From NCBI GenBank assembly GCA_045617275.1, contig JAZLII010000063.1, forward strand, positions 22,477-86,476: DNA of 64,000 nucleotides. Direction: 5' to 3'. The stretch comes from Bacteroidaceae bacterium (GTDB lineage Bacteria > Bacteroidota > Bacteroidia > Bacteroidales > Bacteroidaceae). Both the position numbers and the translations under genes were made by a program. Below, one piece after another: positions 45,932-54,907 of the stretch. The stretch's first letter is position 1. Each line of letters begins with the position of its first letter. The notes beneath the pieces were generated by a model that had not been told where the DNA came from, made no database searches, and saw nothing but the letters and a program-made list of their open reading frames with translations.

Positions 45932-46262
45932 TTTTGTAGTTTCACAGTTTCACGCTTTCACATTTTGGGTTTTATACGGCGTTGCTATCCAAGCAGTGCC
46001 TTATCGCCAAGACATAAGGTTTGTACATTTTTTCTATATGTCACGGGTGGGGGCGGATAAGAATACACCTGAGGTTAGATTAGAACACACGTGTTGATCG
46101 GTCAAACACACACGTGTATTATCGACACATGACCATTAGCGAAGTAATTGTTTTGAATAGTTCGTGCGCTCAAAGCATCATGGAGATCCGGCCGATAACC
46201 TCTGCCCCAGGACGATTTTTGTGAAACCGTGAAACTGTGAAACTACAAAATCAAACTTTTTT
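45920..46262. repeat. 43-bp near-perfect inverted repeats (42/43) flanking a 257-bp segment
   Basis: Left arm 45920-45962: AAAAAAGTTTGATTTTGTAGTTTCACAGTTTCACGCTTTCACA. Right arm 46220-46262 is its complement, with one C/G mismatch. Each arm contains 3 tandem 8-mers ([AG][GC]TTTCAC). Confidence 0.9.
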
Positions 46263-46354
46263 CCAACTACGTATAGGAGCGGGAATCACTGACCTGGAGG
46301 AGATTTTTGTGCAGATTTTACGTCAAACATAGACCTTATATAAATAAGATTTAG

Positions 46355-46362
46355 TATTTTTG
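46355..46362 (+). promoter_or_regulatory. -7 box TATTTTTG upstream of galM
   Basis: TAnnTTTG match, 60 nt upstream of the ATG at 46422. Confidence 0.4.
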
Positions 46363-46421
46363 CAAATGAAACCCTTACGGGTAACACATAAAACGAACAG
46401 ATCACAATAAATCATAGCATC

Positions 46422-47654
46422 ATGAAAAAGCATCTCACCCTCCTGGCAGCATTGTTGCTGACCCTCACAGCATGGGCCGCTGAGCCCGTAATCCCTTTGT
46501 ACGAGAAAGCCGCGTTCGACACCATCATGGATGGCCAGAAGGTTAGTCTCTACACCATCACCAACGGTACTGTGACCGCGCAGGTGACCAACTATGGAGC
46601 ATTCCTCGTAGGTCTCTTTGCCCCGGACCGCAATGGTGAATACCAAAATCTCGTCACCTCCTACCCCACCATCCATCAGTATCCCCGATACAATCTGGGA
46701 CAGATTGGTCCTAGCGTGGGTCGTTTTGCCAACCGTATAGCGAATGGTACCTTTACCCTCGATGGTCAGGAATACCATATCACCAAGAACAACGGCCAGC
46801 ACACTCTGCACGGCGGAACCAAGGGATTCGACCATGTGGTATGGACCGTCAAGAGTGTCGCCAAGGACAAGGTGGTCATGGAGTGCGTTTTACCCGATGG
46901 AGCCGACGGTTTCCCCGGCAATCTGACTACCGTCATGACCTACGCCATCACCAAGGACAATGGTCTGAGCATCACCTTTGAGAGCACCACCGACAAGGCT
47001 ACCGTAGTGAATACCACCTGTCACTCTTACTTCAACCTCGACGGTGTGGGCAACGGTGATATCATGGACTACGAACTGCAGATCAACGCCGACAACATCA
47101 CCGAAACCGACCAGGCCAACATACCAACCGGTAAACTGCTGTCCGTAGAAGGTACACCCTATGATTTCCGCAAAGCCGTAAAACTTAGCGAGCGCATCGC
47201 TCCCATGCCTCAACGTCCCATGATGGGACAGGGAGGTCCTCGTCCACAGATGGGACAGGGCGCACCTCAAGGCGGCCAGCGTGCACAAGGTCAGGGTGCA
47301 CAAGGTGGCCAGGGTGGCAATGGTCCCCGTCCCGGTGGCTTCGGCGGCTTCCAGCCTCAGCCCATCCCCGAAGGTATGGTGCGCCAGTATGATCACAACT
47401 TCTGCCTCACCCACACGGACAAGAACAAGGTAGAGAAGGTGGTAAGTTGCTATGCGCCCAAGTCGGGCCGCGTCATGGAGGTATGGAACAACCACCCAGG
47501 CCTGCAAGTCTACACAGGTGCCCGTACCGCCATCGCGCTGGAGTCGCAGATGTACCCCGACTCACCCAACCACCCCGAGTTCCCCAGCACCACGCTGCGT
47601 CCCGGTGAGAAGTACAGCCACACGGTAGTATACAAGTTCTCTGTGAAGAAATAA
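46422..47654 (+). CDS. galM: Aldose 1-epimerase (galactose mutarotase) with a Gln/Gly/Pro-rich insertion
   Basis: Signal peptide. GRFANRIANGTFTLDGQEYHITKNNGQHTLHGG and QYDHNFCL motifs. Low-complexity insert at about aa 261-316. Confidence 0.85.
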   Translation: MKKHLTLLAALLLTLTAWAAEPVIPLYEKAAFDTIMDGQKVSLYTITNGTVTAQVTNYGAFLVGLFAPDRNGEYQNLVTSYPTIHQYPRYNLGQIGPSVGRFANRIANGTFTLDGQEYHITKNNGQHTLHGGTKGFDHVVWTVKSVAKDKVVMECVLPDGADGFPGNLTTVMTYAITKDNGLSITFESTTDKATVVNTTCHSYFNLDGVGNGDIMDYELQINADNITETDQANIPTGKLLSVEGTPYDFRKAVKLSERIAPMPQRPMMGQGGPRPQMGQGAPQGGQRAQGQGAQGGQGGNGPRPGGFGGFQPQPIPEGMVRQYDHNFCLTHTDKNKVEKVVSCYAPKSGRVMEVWNNHPGLQVYTGARTAIALESQMYPDSPNHPEFPSTTLRPGEKYSHTVVYKFSVKK

Positions 47655-47716
47655 GAAAAACCTTCATGGTTAAGAGATAAATCCAAAACAAAAACACCCA
47701 CAACCAAAACAACACA

Positions 47717-50188
47717 ATGAAGTCCTTTTCCCTACTTATCACTTCATTATGCCTATCGTCTGCACTCTGGGCACAGCGTAGCGAGACCATGCTGACAGAA
47801 GGATGGCATTTCCATCGCGGCGAGGCGACCAATGCACAACAAACACAGTTCGACGACGCTAAATGGCAACAGGTCAGCGTCCCACACGACTGGGCTGTCT
47901 ATGGTCCTTTCGGCGTGAGCAATGATCTGCAAAACGTAGCCGTGACACAGAATGGAGAAAAAGAAGCCACAATGAAGACTGGCCGTACCGGCGGCCTACC
48001 CTGGGTGGGCATAGGTTGGTATCGCACCACCTTCGATGCTCCCAAATCGGGTGCCACAACGCTTCTTTTTGACGGTGCCATGAGCGAGGCGCATGTCTAT
48101 GTCAACGGCCAAGAGGCTATCTTCTGGCCCTATGGTTACAACAGTTTCCATGTGGACGTATCCAACCTCGTACATCGTGACGGCACACCCAACACGCTGG
48201 CCATACGCTTGGAGAACCGCGACGAGAGTAGCCGTTGGTATCCCGGAGCAGGCTTGTATCGCAACGTACACGTCATCCACACCGACTCCATCCACATCCC
48301 CATTTGGGGAACTTACATCACCACGCCTCATGTAGAGAAGGATTTTGCCAGCGTCAAGTTGCAAGTTGAGGTGGTGGGCAACAAGGGTAAGGCCGTTCGC
48401 CTTGATACCGAGATCCTTTCGCCAGAAGGCAAGGTGGTAGCTAGCAGCAGCAAGCAGACGGTGACACGCGAAGGACATCCCTTCGAGCAGACACTGCTGG
48501 TAGAGAAGCCCGCCTTATGGTCGTGCGAGACGCCCCATCTCTACACAGCCGTGACAAAGGTTATCGTAGACGGCAAGGAGCGCGACACTCAGCGCACCAC
48601 CTTCGGTATCCGCAAGATCGAGTACGTGGCGCACAAAGGTTTCTTCCTCAATGGCAAGAATATCCAGTTCAAGGGTGTCTGCAACCATCACGATCTGGGT
48701 CCCTTGGGTACGGCTATCCACGTGGATGCCCTCCGTCACCAGTTGACCATGCTCAAGGCGATGGGGTGCAATGCCATCCGAACCAGCCACAACATGCCTG
48801 CCCCCGAACTGGTGAAATTGTGCGATGAAATGGGACTTATGATGATGGTGGAGCCCTTCGACGAGTGGGATCAGGCCAAGTGCAAGAACGGCTATCACCG
48901 CTACTGGAAGGAGTGGGCAGAGAAGGATATGGTCAACATGCTTCATCACTATCGCAACAATCCCAGCGTAGTGATGTGGAGTATCGGTAATGAGGTACCC
49001 ACGCAGGGACGCAAGGACGGCTATAAGATGGTGGACTTCCTCCAAGGCATCTGCCACCGCGAGGATCCCACACGCCCTTGTACCTGTGGTATGGATCAGG
49101 TGGGTACGATCTTGAAAAACGGCTTTGGCGCTACCGTCGACATACCTGGTTTCAACTATCGTGACCAGTACTATGAGGAGGGCTACAAGACTCTTCCTCA
49201 GGGATTCATCTTAGGTAGTGAAACGGCCAGTACGGTCAGCAGTCGTGGCACGTACATGTTCCCCGTGACGTTGAAGAAGCAGGCTCGCTACGAAAATCAT
49301 CAGAGCAATGGCTACGACACAGAGGCTTGCTCTTGGAGCAACGTGCCCGACCTTGACTTCTGGCTCGAGGATGACAACCCATGGCATATGGGTCAGTTCA
49401 TCTGGACCGGTTTCGACTACCTCGGCGAACCTTCCCCCTACGACACCAAAGACTGGCCCAGCCACTCTTCCGTCTTCGGTATCATTGACCTTGCTTCGTT
49501 GCCCAAGGATCGCTACTACCTCTATCAGAGCAAGTGGGCTCCCGAGGCCAACACACTTCACATACTGCCTCACTGGACATGGCCCGGACGTGAAGGCGAG
49601 GTAACTCCCATCTTCGTCTATACCAGTGCACCTGAGGCCGAGCTCTTCATCAACGGAGTGAGCCAAGGACGCCAGAAGAAACTCTCCAAGACCGAGGCAG
49701 AAGCTCTGCAGAAGACCGACCCACTGTGGCAGCAGCGACGCTATCGCCTGATGTGGACCGACGTGAAGTATCAGCCCGGAGAGGTCAAGGTGGTAGCTTA
49801 CAACGCAGACGGCAGTGTGATGGGAGAGAAAACGGTAAAAACTGCCGGTAAACCCGACCATTTAGTGCTTACGCCCACCAATCTGGACGAGCCCAAGGCC
49901 GACCCATCAAATGCCCTTTATTACGTAACCGTAAGCGTAGTGGACAAGGACGGCAATCCCTGCCCCAACCAGACAGACTTGGTACAGTTTGCAGTAAAGG
50001 GTGCTGGTAAGTTCCGCGCCGCTGGCAATGGCGATGCCACCAATCTCGACCTCTTCCATCTTCCCCAGCACCATCTCTTTGCCGGCCAACTCACAGCAAT
50101 AGTCCAGCGAACCAGCGAAAGCGGAAGCATCATTCTTGAAGCAAAAGCCAAAGGAATGAAATCAGCCAAGCTGGTGATTGAGCGTTGA
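47717..50188 (+). CDS. GH2 beta-galactosidase
   Basis: Signal peptide. CNHHDLGPLG, NAIRTSHN, WSIGNEV (acid/base Glu). 823 aa. The terminal codons and TGA lie inside the heptamer array. Confidence 0.85.
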   Translation: MKSFSLLITSLCLSSALWAQRSETMLTEGWHFHRGEATNAQQTQFDDAKWQQVSVPHDWAVYGPFGVSNDLQNVAVTQNGEKEATMKTGRTGGLPWVGIGWYRTTFDAPKSGATTLLFDGAMSEAHVYVNGQEAIFWPYGYNSFHVDVSNLVHRDGTPNTLAIRLENRDESSRWYPGAGLYRNVHVIHTDSIHIPIWGTYITTPHVEKDFASVKLQVEVVGNKGKAVRLDTEILSPEGKVVASSSKQTVTREGHPFEQTLLVEKPALWSCETPHLYTAVTKVIVDGKERDTQRTTFGIRKIEYVAHKGFFLNGKNIQFKGVCNHHDLGPLGTAIHVDALRHQLTMLKAMGCNAIRTSHNMPAPELVKLCDEMGLMMMVEPFDEWDQAKCKNGYHRYWKEWAEKDMVNMLHHYRNNPSVVMWSIGNEVPTQGRKDGYKMVDFLQGICHREDPTRPCTCGMDQVGTILKNGFGATVDIPGFNYRDQYYEEGYKTLPQGFILGSETASTVSSRGTYMFPVTLKKQARYENHQSNGYDTEACSWSNVPDLDFWLEDDNPWHMGQFIWTGFDYLGEPSPYDTKDWPSHSSVFGIIDLASLPKDRYYLYQSKWAPEANTLHILPHWTWPGREGEVTPIFVYTSAPEAELFINGVSQGRQKKLSKTEAEALQKTDPLWQQRRYRLMWTDVKYQPGEVKVVAYNADGSVMGEKTVKTAGKPDHLVLTPTNLDEPKADPSNALYYVTVSVVDKDGNPCPNQTDLVQFAVKGAGKFRAAGNGDATNLDLFHLPQHHLFAGQLTAIVQRTSESGSIILEAKAKGMKSAKLVIER

Positions 50189-50212
50189 GCGATGAGCGAT
50201 GAGCGTTGAGCG
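50178..50212 (+). repeat. 7-nt tandem array ([TA]TGAGCG x5) overlapping the GH2 stop codon
   Basis: TGA at 50179, 50186 (the real stop), 50193, 50200 and 50207, so all three frames are closed. Confidence 0.9.
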
Positions 50213-50248
50213 AAAAATCGAACCCTCGACGCCCAACGAAAAAAAACA

Positions 50249-50278
50249 GAAGGTCTCTCCTATGATGGAGAGACCTTC
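50249..50278. terminator. Hairpin between convergent GH2 and CobW-like genes
   Basis: GAAGGTCTCTCC-N6-GGAGAGACCTTC, with an A run upstream. Confidence 0.65.
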
Positions 50279-50291
50279 ATCGTTCAACCCT

Positions 50292-50337
50292 CCGCTCGGC
50301 CCTTTGGGACGCTTGCAGAGCGAAGCGGGGCAAGAAC
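50292..50337 (-). repeat. 46-bp intergenic element, copy 1 (identical copy at 58620-58665)
   Basis: CCGCTCGGCCCTTTGGGACGCTTGCAGAGCGAAGCGGGGCAAGAAC is 46/46 identical at both loci. Each copy sits 8-10 nt downstream of a minus-strand stop codon and is flanked by GTTGA[AG][CG] heptamers. Confidence 0.9.
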
Positions 50338-50344
50338 GTTCAAC

Positions 50345-51700
50345 CTAATCGCAGAGGCAAGCGTCGAGGGCCAACTTGATGTCTGCCTCATTCATGTGCT
50401 GGCCGATGAAGACCAACTTCTGCATACGGTCGCCATAGTACTCATCCCAGTCCTTAGCGGCTTGTGGATTCTGGTCCAAGAATTGTTCCAGTTCCTCCTG
50501 TGGCATAGTGGCATACCAGCGTCCGGCATTGCGCAGAGACACTTGCTTACCAGCCTGTTCGAACACGTAGCAGATATCCTGCTCATCGCGGAAGTAGCAC
50601 ATACCCTTGCATCGGATGATGCTCTTAGGCCACAGGCGAGCCACAAACTCGTCAAAACGACCTAAGTTGAACGGACGACGTGCATAATATACAAAGGTAC
50701 CGATGCCATATTCCTCACCATGTGCATGATCATGGTCATGATGATGCTGGCAATGGTGACAATGGCAGTCTGCCCCATGATGATGGTGGTGATGTTCGTG
50801 CTCATCTTCGTCGTCATCATCGTCATGATGGTGGTGATGATGCTCGTGTTCATCCTCGTCGTCATCGTCATCATGATGGTGGTTATGGTGCTCATGGTCA
50901 TCCTCGTCGTCATCGTCATCATGATGGTGGTGATGCTCGTGCTCATCTTCGTCGTCATCGTCCTCCACAGGTTTCTCTATCTCTGCTATCCAAGCAGCAG
51001 AGGTGGCCACTTTGTCAAAATCAAACAACTTGGTGTTGACGAGCAGATCCAAGGACACATCACAGTAGTCACAAGGGATAATCTCGGCCTTGGGCTGGAG
51101 GGCACGAAGCACCAGGGTGATACGTTCCAATTCTTCCGGAGCGACCTCAGAGGCCTTGTTGAGCAGGATGATATTGCAGAACTCGATCTGCTGGATGACC
51201 AGATTCTCGATATCATCCTCCTCCAGATTCTTGTGGATGAAGTCCTGACCTCCATTGAACTCGTCCTTCAGTCTCAAGGCATCCACCACGCTCACGATGC
51301 TATCCAGGCGCAGGAAACCGTCCTTGATATAGTCGGGACCCATGTCGGGAATGGAGCAAATGGTCTGAGCAATGGGGGCCGGTTCGCAGATACCACTGGC
51401 CTCGATGACGATATAGTCAAAACGGCGAAGTGCCATGAGGTCCTGCAACTGCTTCACGAGGTCCATCTTCAAGGTACAGCAGATGCAACCGTTCTGCAAG
51501 GGCACCAGACTGTCGTCCTGCTGATCGACGATGCCACCTTTTTGGATGAGGTCTGCATCAATATTCACCTCACCGATATCATTCACGATAACGGCAAACT
51601 TTATACCACGACGATTGGCCAGAATACGATTCAAAAGCGTGGTCTTACCGCTGCCCAGATAACCCGTAAGCAGCAATACAGGGATTTCAGGAACTGTCAT
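50345..51700 (-). CDS. CobW/COG0523-family metallochaperone GTPase with a very long His/Asp/Glu-rich insert
   Basis: The start MTVPEIPVLLLTGYLGSGKTTLLN at 51700 is preferred, because the track start at 51826 runs through the tRNA gene. CICC metal motif. About 85 aa of HDDDDDEDEHEHHHHH-type repeats, encoded at about 50721-50963. Confidence 0.85.
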   Translation of the reverse strand: MTVPEIPVLLLTGYLGSGKTTLLNRILANRRGIKFAVIVNDIGEVNIDADLIQKGGIVDQQDDSLVPLQNGCICCTLKMDLVKQLQDLMALRRFDYIVIEASGICEPAPIAQTICSIPDMGPDYIKDGFLRLDSIVSVVDALRLKDEFNGGQDFIHKNLEEDDIENLVIQQIEFCNIILLNKASEVAPEELERITLVLRALQPKAEIIPCDYCDVSLDLLVNTKLFDFDKVATSAAWIAEIEKPVEDDDDEDEHEHHHHHDDDDDEDDHEHHNHHHDDDDDEDEHEHHHHHHDDDDDEDEHEHHHHHHGADCHCHHCQHHHDHDHAHGEEYGIGTFVYYARRPFNLGRFDEFVARLWPKSIIRCKGMCYFRDEQDICYVFEQAGKQVSLRNAGRWYATMPQEELEQFLDQNPQAAKDWDEYYGDRMQKLVFIGQHMNEADIKLALDACLCD

Positions 51701-51735
51701 TTTCTTATTTCTGTTTAAATCAATTGTCCATATAC

Positions 51736-51770
51736 GAAAAACAGAGGTTGAAGGAAAACCATCACCTCTG
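51736..51770 (-). terminator. Hairpin + T run downstream of the tRNA
   Basis: Minus strand reads CAGAGGT-N15-ACCTCTG followed by TTTTT. Confidence 0.5.
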
Positions 51771-51780
51771 CGTTGCTTTG

Positions 51781-51854
51781 TAGCGGGGCCGGGGATTGAA
51801 CCCGGGACCTCATGATTATGAATCATGCGCTCTAACCAGCTGAGCTACCCCGCC
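51781..51854 (-). tRNA. tRNA with anticodon CAT (Met; a lysidine-modified Ile2 cannot be excluded)
   Basis: Manual cloverleaf fold: GGCGGGG / TA / GCTC-AGCTGGTTA-GAGC / G / CATGA-TTCATAA-TCATG / AGGTC / CCGGG-TTCAATC-CCCGG / CCCCGCT-A. 74 nt, with no encoded CCA. Confidence 0.85.
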
Positions 51855-51875
51855 ATCATTTCTTGATTGCGGGTG

Positions 51876-51883
51876 CAAAGGTA
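51876..51883 (-). promoter_or_regulatory. -7 box TACCTTTG upstream of the tRNA
   Basis: Reverse complement of CAAAGGTA, about 22 nt upstream of the tRNA 5' end. Confidence 0.45.
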
Positions 51884-51999
51884 GTGCATTTTTTTCTTCC
51901 ATGCAAGTATTTGGGCAGAAAAATGCAATAAAAGTGAGTATTCTTTCTTAAAGAATGCCAAAAAATAGGCTTTTAATTCCTAATTACTAATTTTTATCG

Positions 52000-52007
52000 T
52001 ACCTTTG
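52000..52007 (+). promoter_or_regulatory. -7 box TACCTTTG upstream of the lptF/G-like gene
   Basis: TAnnTTTG match, about 77 nt upstream of the ATG at 52084. Confidence 0.4.
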
Positions 52008-52083
52008 CAATCTATTATGCACACACGCACATATGCAACGTGTGCGTAGACGTAAATAGTATTAGAGTTAAAAGGAAAAAAGA

Positions 52084-53646
52084 ATGAGAATCATCAAGAA
52101 GATGGATCAGTATTTGCTGAAGACCTATCTGCAATTGTTTGCAGGTACGTTCTTCATATGCCTCTTCATCTTCCTGATGCAGTTCACCTGGCGCTATGTC
52201 AACGAACTTATCGGCAAGGGCCTCTCAACCGAGGTGCTGGGCAAGTTTTTCTGGTATGCTTCGCTCAACCTCGTCCCCATGGCTCTCCCCCTGGCCATCC
52301 TTTTGGCAGCCCTCATCTCCTTTGGCAACATGGGAGAGAAACTCGAGTTGCTGTCCATGAAAGCTGCGGGTGTGTCGCTCATTCGCATCCTCGCCCCCAT
52401 CTTCGTCTTTGTGATCTTCCTGAGTTTCGGTAGTTTTTATTTCCAGAACAAGGTCGGACCGGAGGCCACGAAGCAACTTCATGCGCTCATCTACTCCATC
52501 AAGACGAAATCGCCCGAACTGGAGATCCCAGAAGGAATCTTCTACAACGAGATCCCCGGCTACAACCTCTTCGTGGAGCGCAAGGACAGAGATACGGGTA
52601 TGCTCTACGGTGTGATGATCTACCACAATCCCTCGGGCTCCAGCGACACGCAGATAGTGCTGGCCGACTCGGGCCGCATGCAGAGCACCGCCGATCATAT
52701 GCACCTGAAACTGACACTCTACGGAGGCGAACGTTTCCAAAACATGTCGCAAAATGGAGGTCAGATGCTCAAGGCCAACATCCCATACATGAGAGAGACC
52801 TTCTTTGTAGAGGAAGACCTGATAGAGTTTGCCGACACCTTCGACGTGATGAATGCAGAGAACTTCTCCGGCCATGCTGCCACCAAGGATCTCGCTTCCA
52901 TCAATCATGGCATTGACTCCATCCAGCAGAGACTGAGCATGGTGGGGCACGACATTTACAGGTCGTACTGTGCATCCTTGCTCAACCGAGAGATCAAGCC
53001 AGGCCGTGCCGACTCTGCCAAAATCGTCAAGGGTGTGGCCAAGGTAGCCGTGCTCGACACACTGAAGGGTCGCCTCAGCCAGTCACAGCGCCAGGACGTG
53101 TGGAAGATGGCTCGCAGTTCTTCGGTTCAGCTGACCAACGAATGCGAATTCCGCTCTCTGGCATTCAACCTGGAGGAGACCAACAAGAACTACCGTCTGC
53201 ACTGGGTGGAGTGGCATAAGAAGTTCACACTCTCCGTGGCCTGTCTCATCTTCTTCTTCATCGGAGCGCCTCTTGGCGCCATCATCCGAAAAGGAGGTCT
53301 GGGTATGCCCGTAGTGGTGAGCGTGCTCATTTTCATCTTCTACTACATCATCAACATCAGTGGTGAGAAGTTGGCCAAAGCTGGCACCTGGGAGATCACC
53401 TTCGGCATATGGCTGAGCAGCATGGTACTGGCCCCCATCGGAGCCTTCCTTACCTACAAGGCCAACAACGACTCCGCGATGTTCAGCATCGAAGGCTACA
53501 TACTCCCCATCAAGCGATTCATAGAGCGGGTGAAGGGATGGCGCATGCGCAAGAGTCTGGCCACCGAGATAGCACCGGAGGATTCTCCCGAAGATAACAA
53601 CAACGTACAAGAACAGCAAGACAATGATAACACTCGACAAGATTGA
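52084..53646 (+). CDS. LptF/LptG-family LPS export permease
   Basis: YjgP/YjgQ-type N-terminus ([27 protein letters not shown]), a large periplasmic insert, and C-terminal TM helices. Confidence 0.8.
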   Translation: MRIIKKMDQYLLKTYLQLFAGTFFICLFIFLMQFTWRYVNELIGKGLSTEVLGKFFWYASLNLVPMALPLAILLAALISFGNMGEKLELLSMKAAGVSLIRILAPIFVFVIFLSFGSFYFQNKVGPEATKQLHALIYSIKTKSPELEIPEGIFYNEIPGYNLFVERKDRDTGMLYGVMIYHNPSGSSDTQIVLADSGRMQSTADHMHLKLTLYGGERFQNMSQNGGQMLKANIPYMRETFFVEEDLIEFADTFDVMNAENFSGHAATKDLASINHGIDSIQQRLSMVGHDIYRSYCASLLNREIKPGRADSAKIVKGVAKVAVLDTLKGRLSQSQRQDVWKMARSSSVQLTNECEFRSLAFNLEETNKNYRLHWVEWHKKFTLSVACLIFFFIGAPLGAIIRKGGLGMPVVVSVLIFIFYYIINISGEKLAKAGTWEITFGIWLSSMVLAPIGAFLTYKANNDSAMFSIEGYILPIKRFIERVKGWRMRKSLATEIAPEDSPEDNNNVQEQQDNDNTRQD

Positions 53647-54826
53647 AGAAGCCATCGCAGATTTCCGTGAAGGCAAATTCGTCATCGTAGTTGACGACGA
53701 AGACCGCGAAAACGAGGGCGACTTTATCACCGCAGCAGAGATGATCACTCCCGAAAAGGTGAACTTCATGCTGCAAAACGGACGAGGCGTGCTCTGCGCC
53801 CCCATCACTATCAGTCGTGCCAAGGAACTGGAGCTGGCACACCAGGTGGAGGAGAACACCTCCATGCTGGGCACGCCTTTCACCATCACCGTTGACCTCC
53901 TGGAAGGTTGTACTACGGGTGTCAGCGCCCACGACCGTGCCGCCACCATACGTGCCCTGGCCGATCCCAGCACCAAGCCCGCAGCCTTCGGCCGTCCCGG
54001 TCACATCAACCCTCTCTACGCCCAGGACAAGGGTGTCCTCAAGCGTGCAGGACACACCGAGGCAGGTATCGACATGGCTCGCTTGGCCGGACTGCAGCCC
54101 GCAGCTGCGCTCATCGAGATACTCAATGAAGACGGCACCATGGCTCGCCTGCCCCAACTCAAGGAGGTATCCGAGCGCTTTGGCATCAAGATCATCAGCA
54201 TCCGCGACCTCATCGCCTACCGTCTCAAGCAGGAGTCACTGGTAGAAAAGGGAGTGGAGGCCGACATGCCCACAGCCCACGGTCACTTCCGCATCATCCC
54301 CTTCCGCCAGAAGAGCAACGGACTGGAGCATATCGCACTCATCAAGGGCGAGTGGAAAGCCGACGAACCTATCCTGGTGCGCATGCATAGCAGCTGTATG
54401 ACAGGCGACATCTTCGGAAGTCGCCGTTGTGACTGCGGTGAACAGCTCCAAAAGAGCATGGAACTCATCGAGCAGGAAGGTAAGGGCCTCATCGTCTACC
54501 TCAACCAAGAGGGACGTGGCATCGGTCTGATGAACAAGATTGCCGCCTACAAGCTCCAAGAGGAAGGCGACGACACCGTCGATGCCAACATTCACCTGGG
54601 CTTCCAAGCCGACGAGCGCGACTATGGCGTCGGAGCACAGATACTCTGCGAACTGGGTGTCAGCAAGATACGCCTCATCACCAACAATCCCGTGAAGCGT
54701 GTCGGCCTTGAGGGCTACGGACTGGAGATCGTGGAGAACGTAGGCATAGAGATCAAGCCCAACCCCTTCAACGAGCGCTACCTCCGCACCAAGAAGGAGC
54801 GCATGGGACATCTCCTGAAACTGTAA
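53624..54826 (+). CDS. ribBA: Bifunctional 3,4-dihydroxy-2-butanone-4-phosphate synthase / GTP cyclohydrolase II
   Basis: [11 protein letters not shown] (RibB) and [19 protein letters not shown] (RibA zinc site). 400 aa. Confidence 0.9.
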   Translation: MITLDKIEEAIADFREGKFVIVVDDEDRENEGDFITAAEMITPEKVNFMLQNGRGVLCAPITISRAKELELAHQVEENTSMLGTPFTITVDLLEGCTTGVSAHDRAATIRALADPSTKPAAFGRPGHINPLYAQDKGVLKRAGHTEAGIDMARLAGLQPAAALIEILNEDGTMARLPQLKEVSERFGIKIISIRDLIAYRLKQESLVEKGVEADMPTAHGHFRIIPFRQKSNGLEHIALIKGEWKADEPILVRMHSSCMTGDIFGSRRCDCGEQLQKSMELIEQEGKGLIVYLNQEGRGIGLMNKIAAYKLQEEGDDTVDANIHLGFQADERDYGVGAQILCELGVSKIRLITNNPVKRVGLEGYGLEIVENVGIEIKPNPFNERYLRTKKERMGHLLKL

Positions 54827-54830
54827 ACGA

Positions 54831-54882
54831 ATTGAAAATTGAAAATTGAAAGTTGAAAATTGAAAGTTGAAAATTGAAAATT
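54831..54882 (+). repeat. 7-nt tandem array ([AG]TTGAAA x7) 5 nt downstream of the ribBA stop
   Basis: TGA at 54833, 54840, 54847, 54854, 54861, 54868 and 54875. Confidence 0.9.
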
Positions 54883-54907
54883 AATCATTGAATAAACTTT
54901 ACCAAAC

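Noticed and set aside
45920-46262. Autonomous transposon or insertion sequence
   Set aside because: The interior is only 257 bp and has no transposase ORF. The longest internal ORF is about 31 codons. No target-site duplication is recognisable. At most it is a non-autonomous element.
51701-51826. N-terminal 42-codon extension of the CobW-like ORF
   Set aside because: It reads through the tRNA gene and its terminator. The P-loop N-terminus begins at the ATG at 51700.
54831-54882. CRISPR array interpretation of the tandem repeats (also at 50178-50212 and 23211-23348)
   Set aside because: The repeat units are only 7-11 nt long and directly abutting, with no spacers. No cas genes are present.
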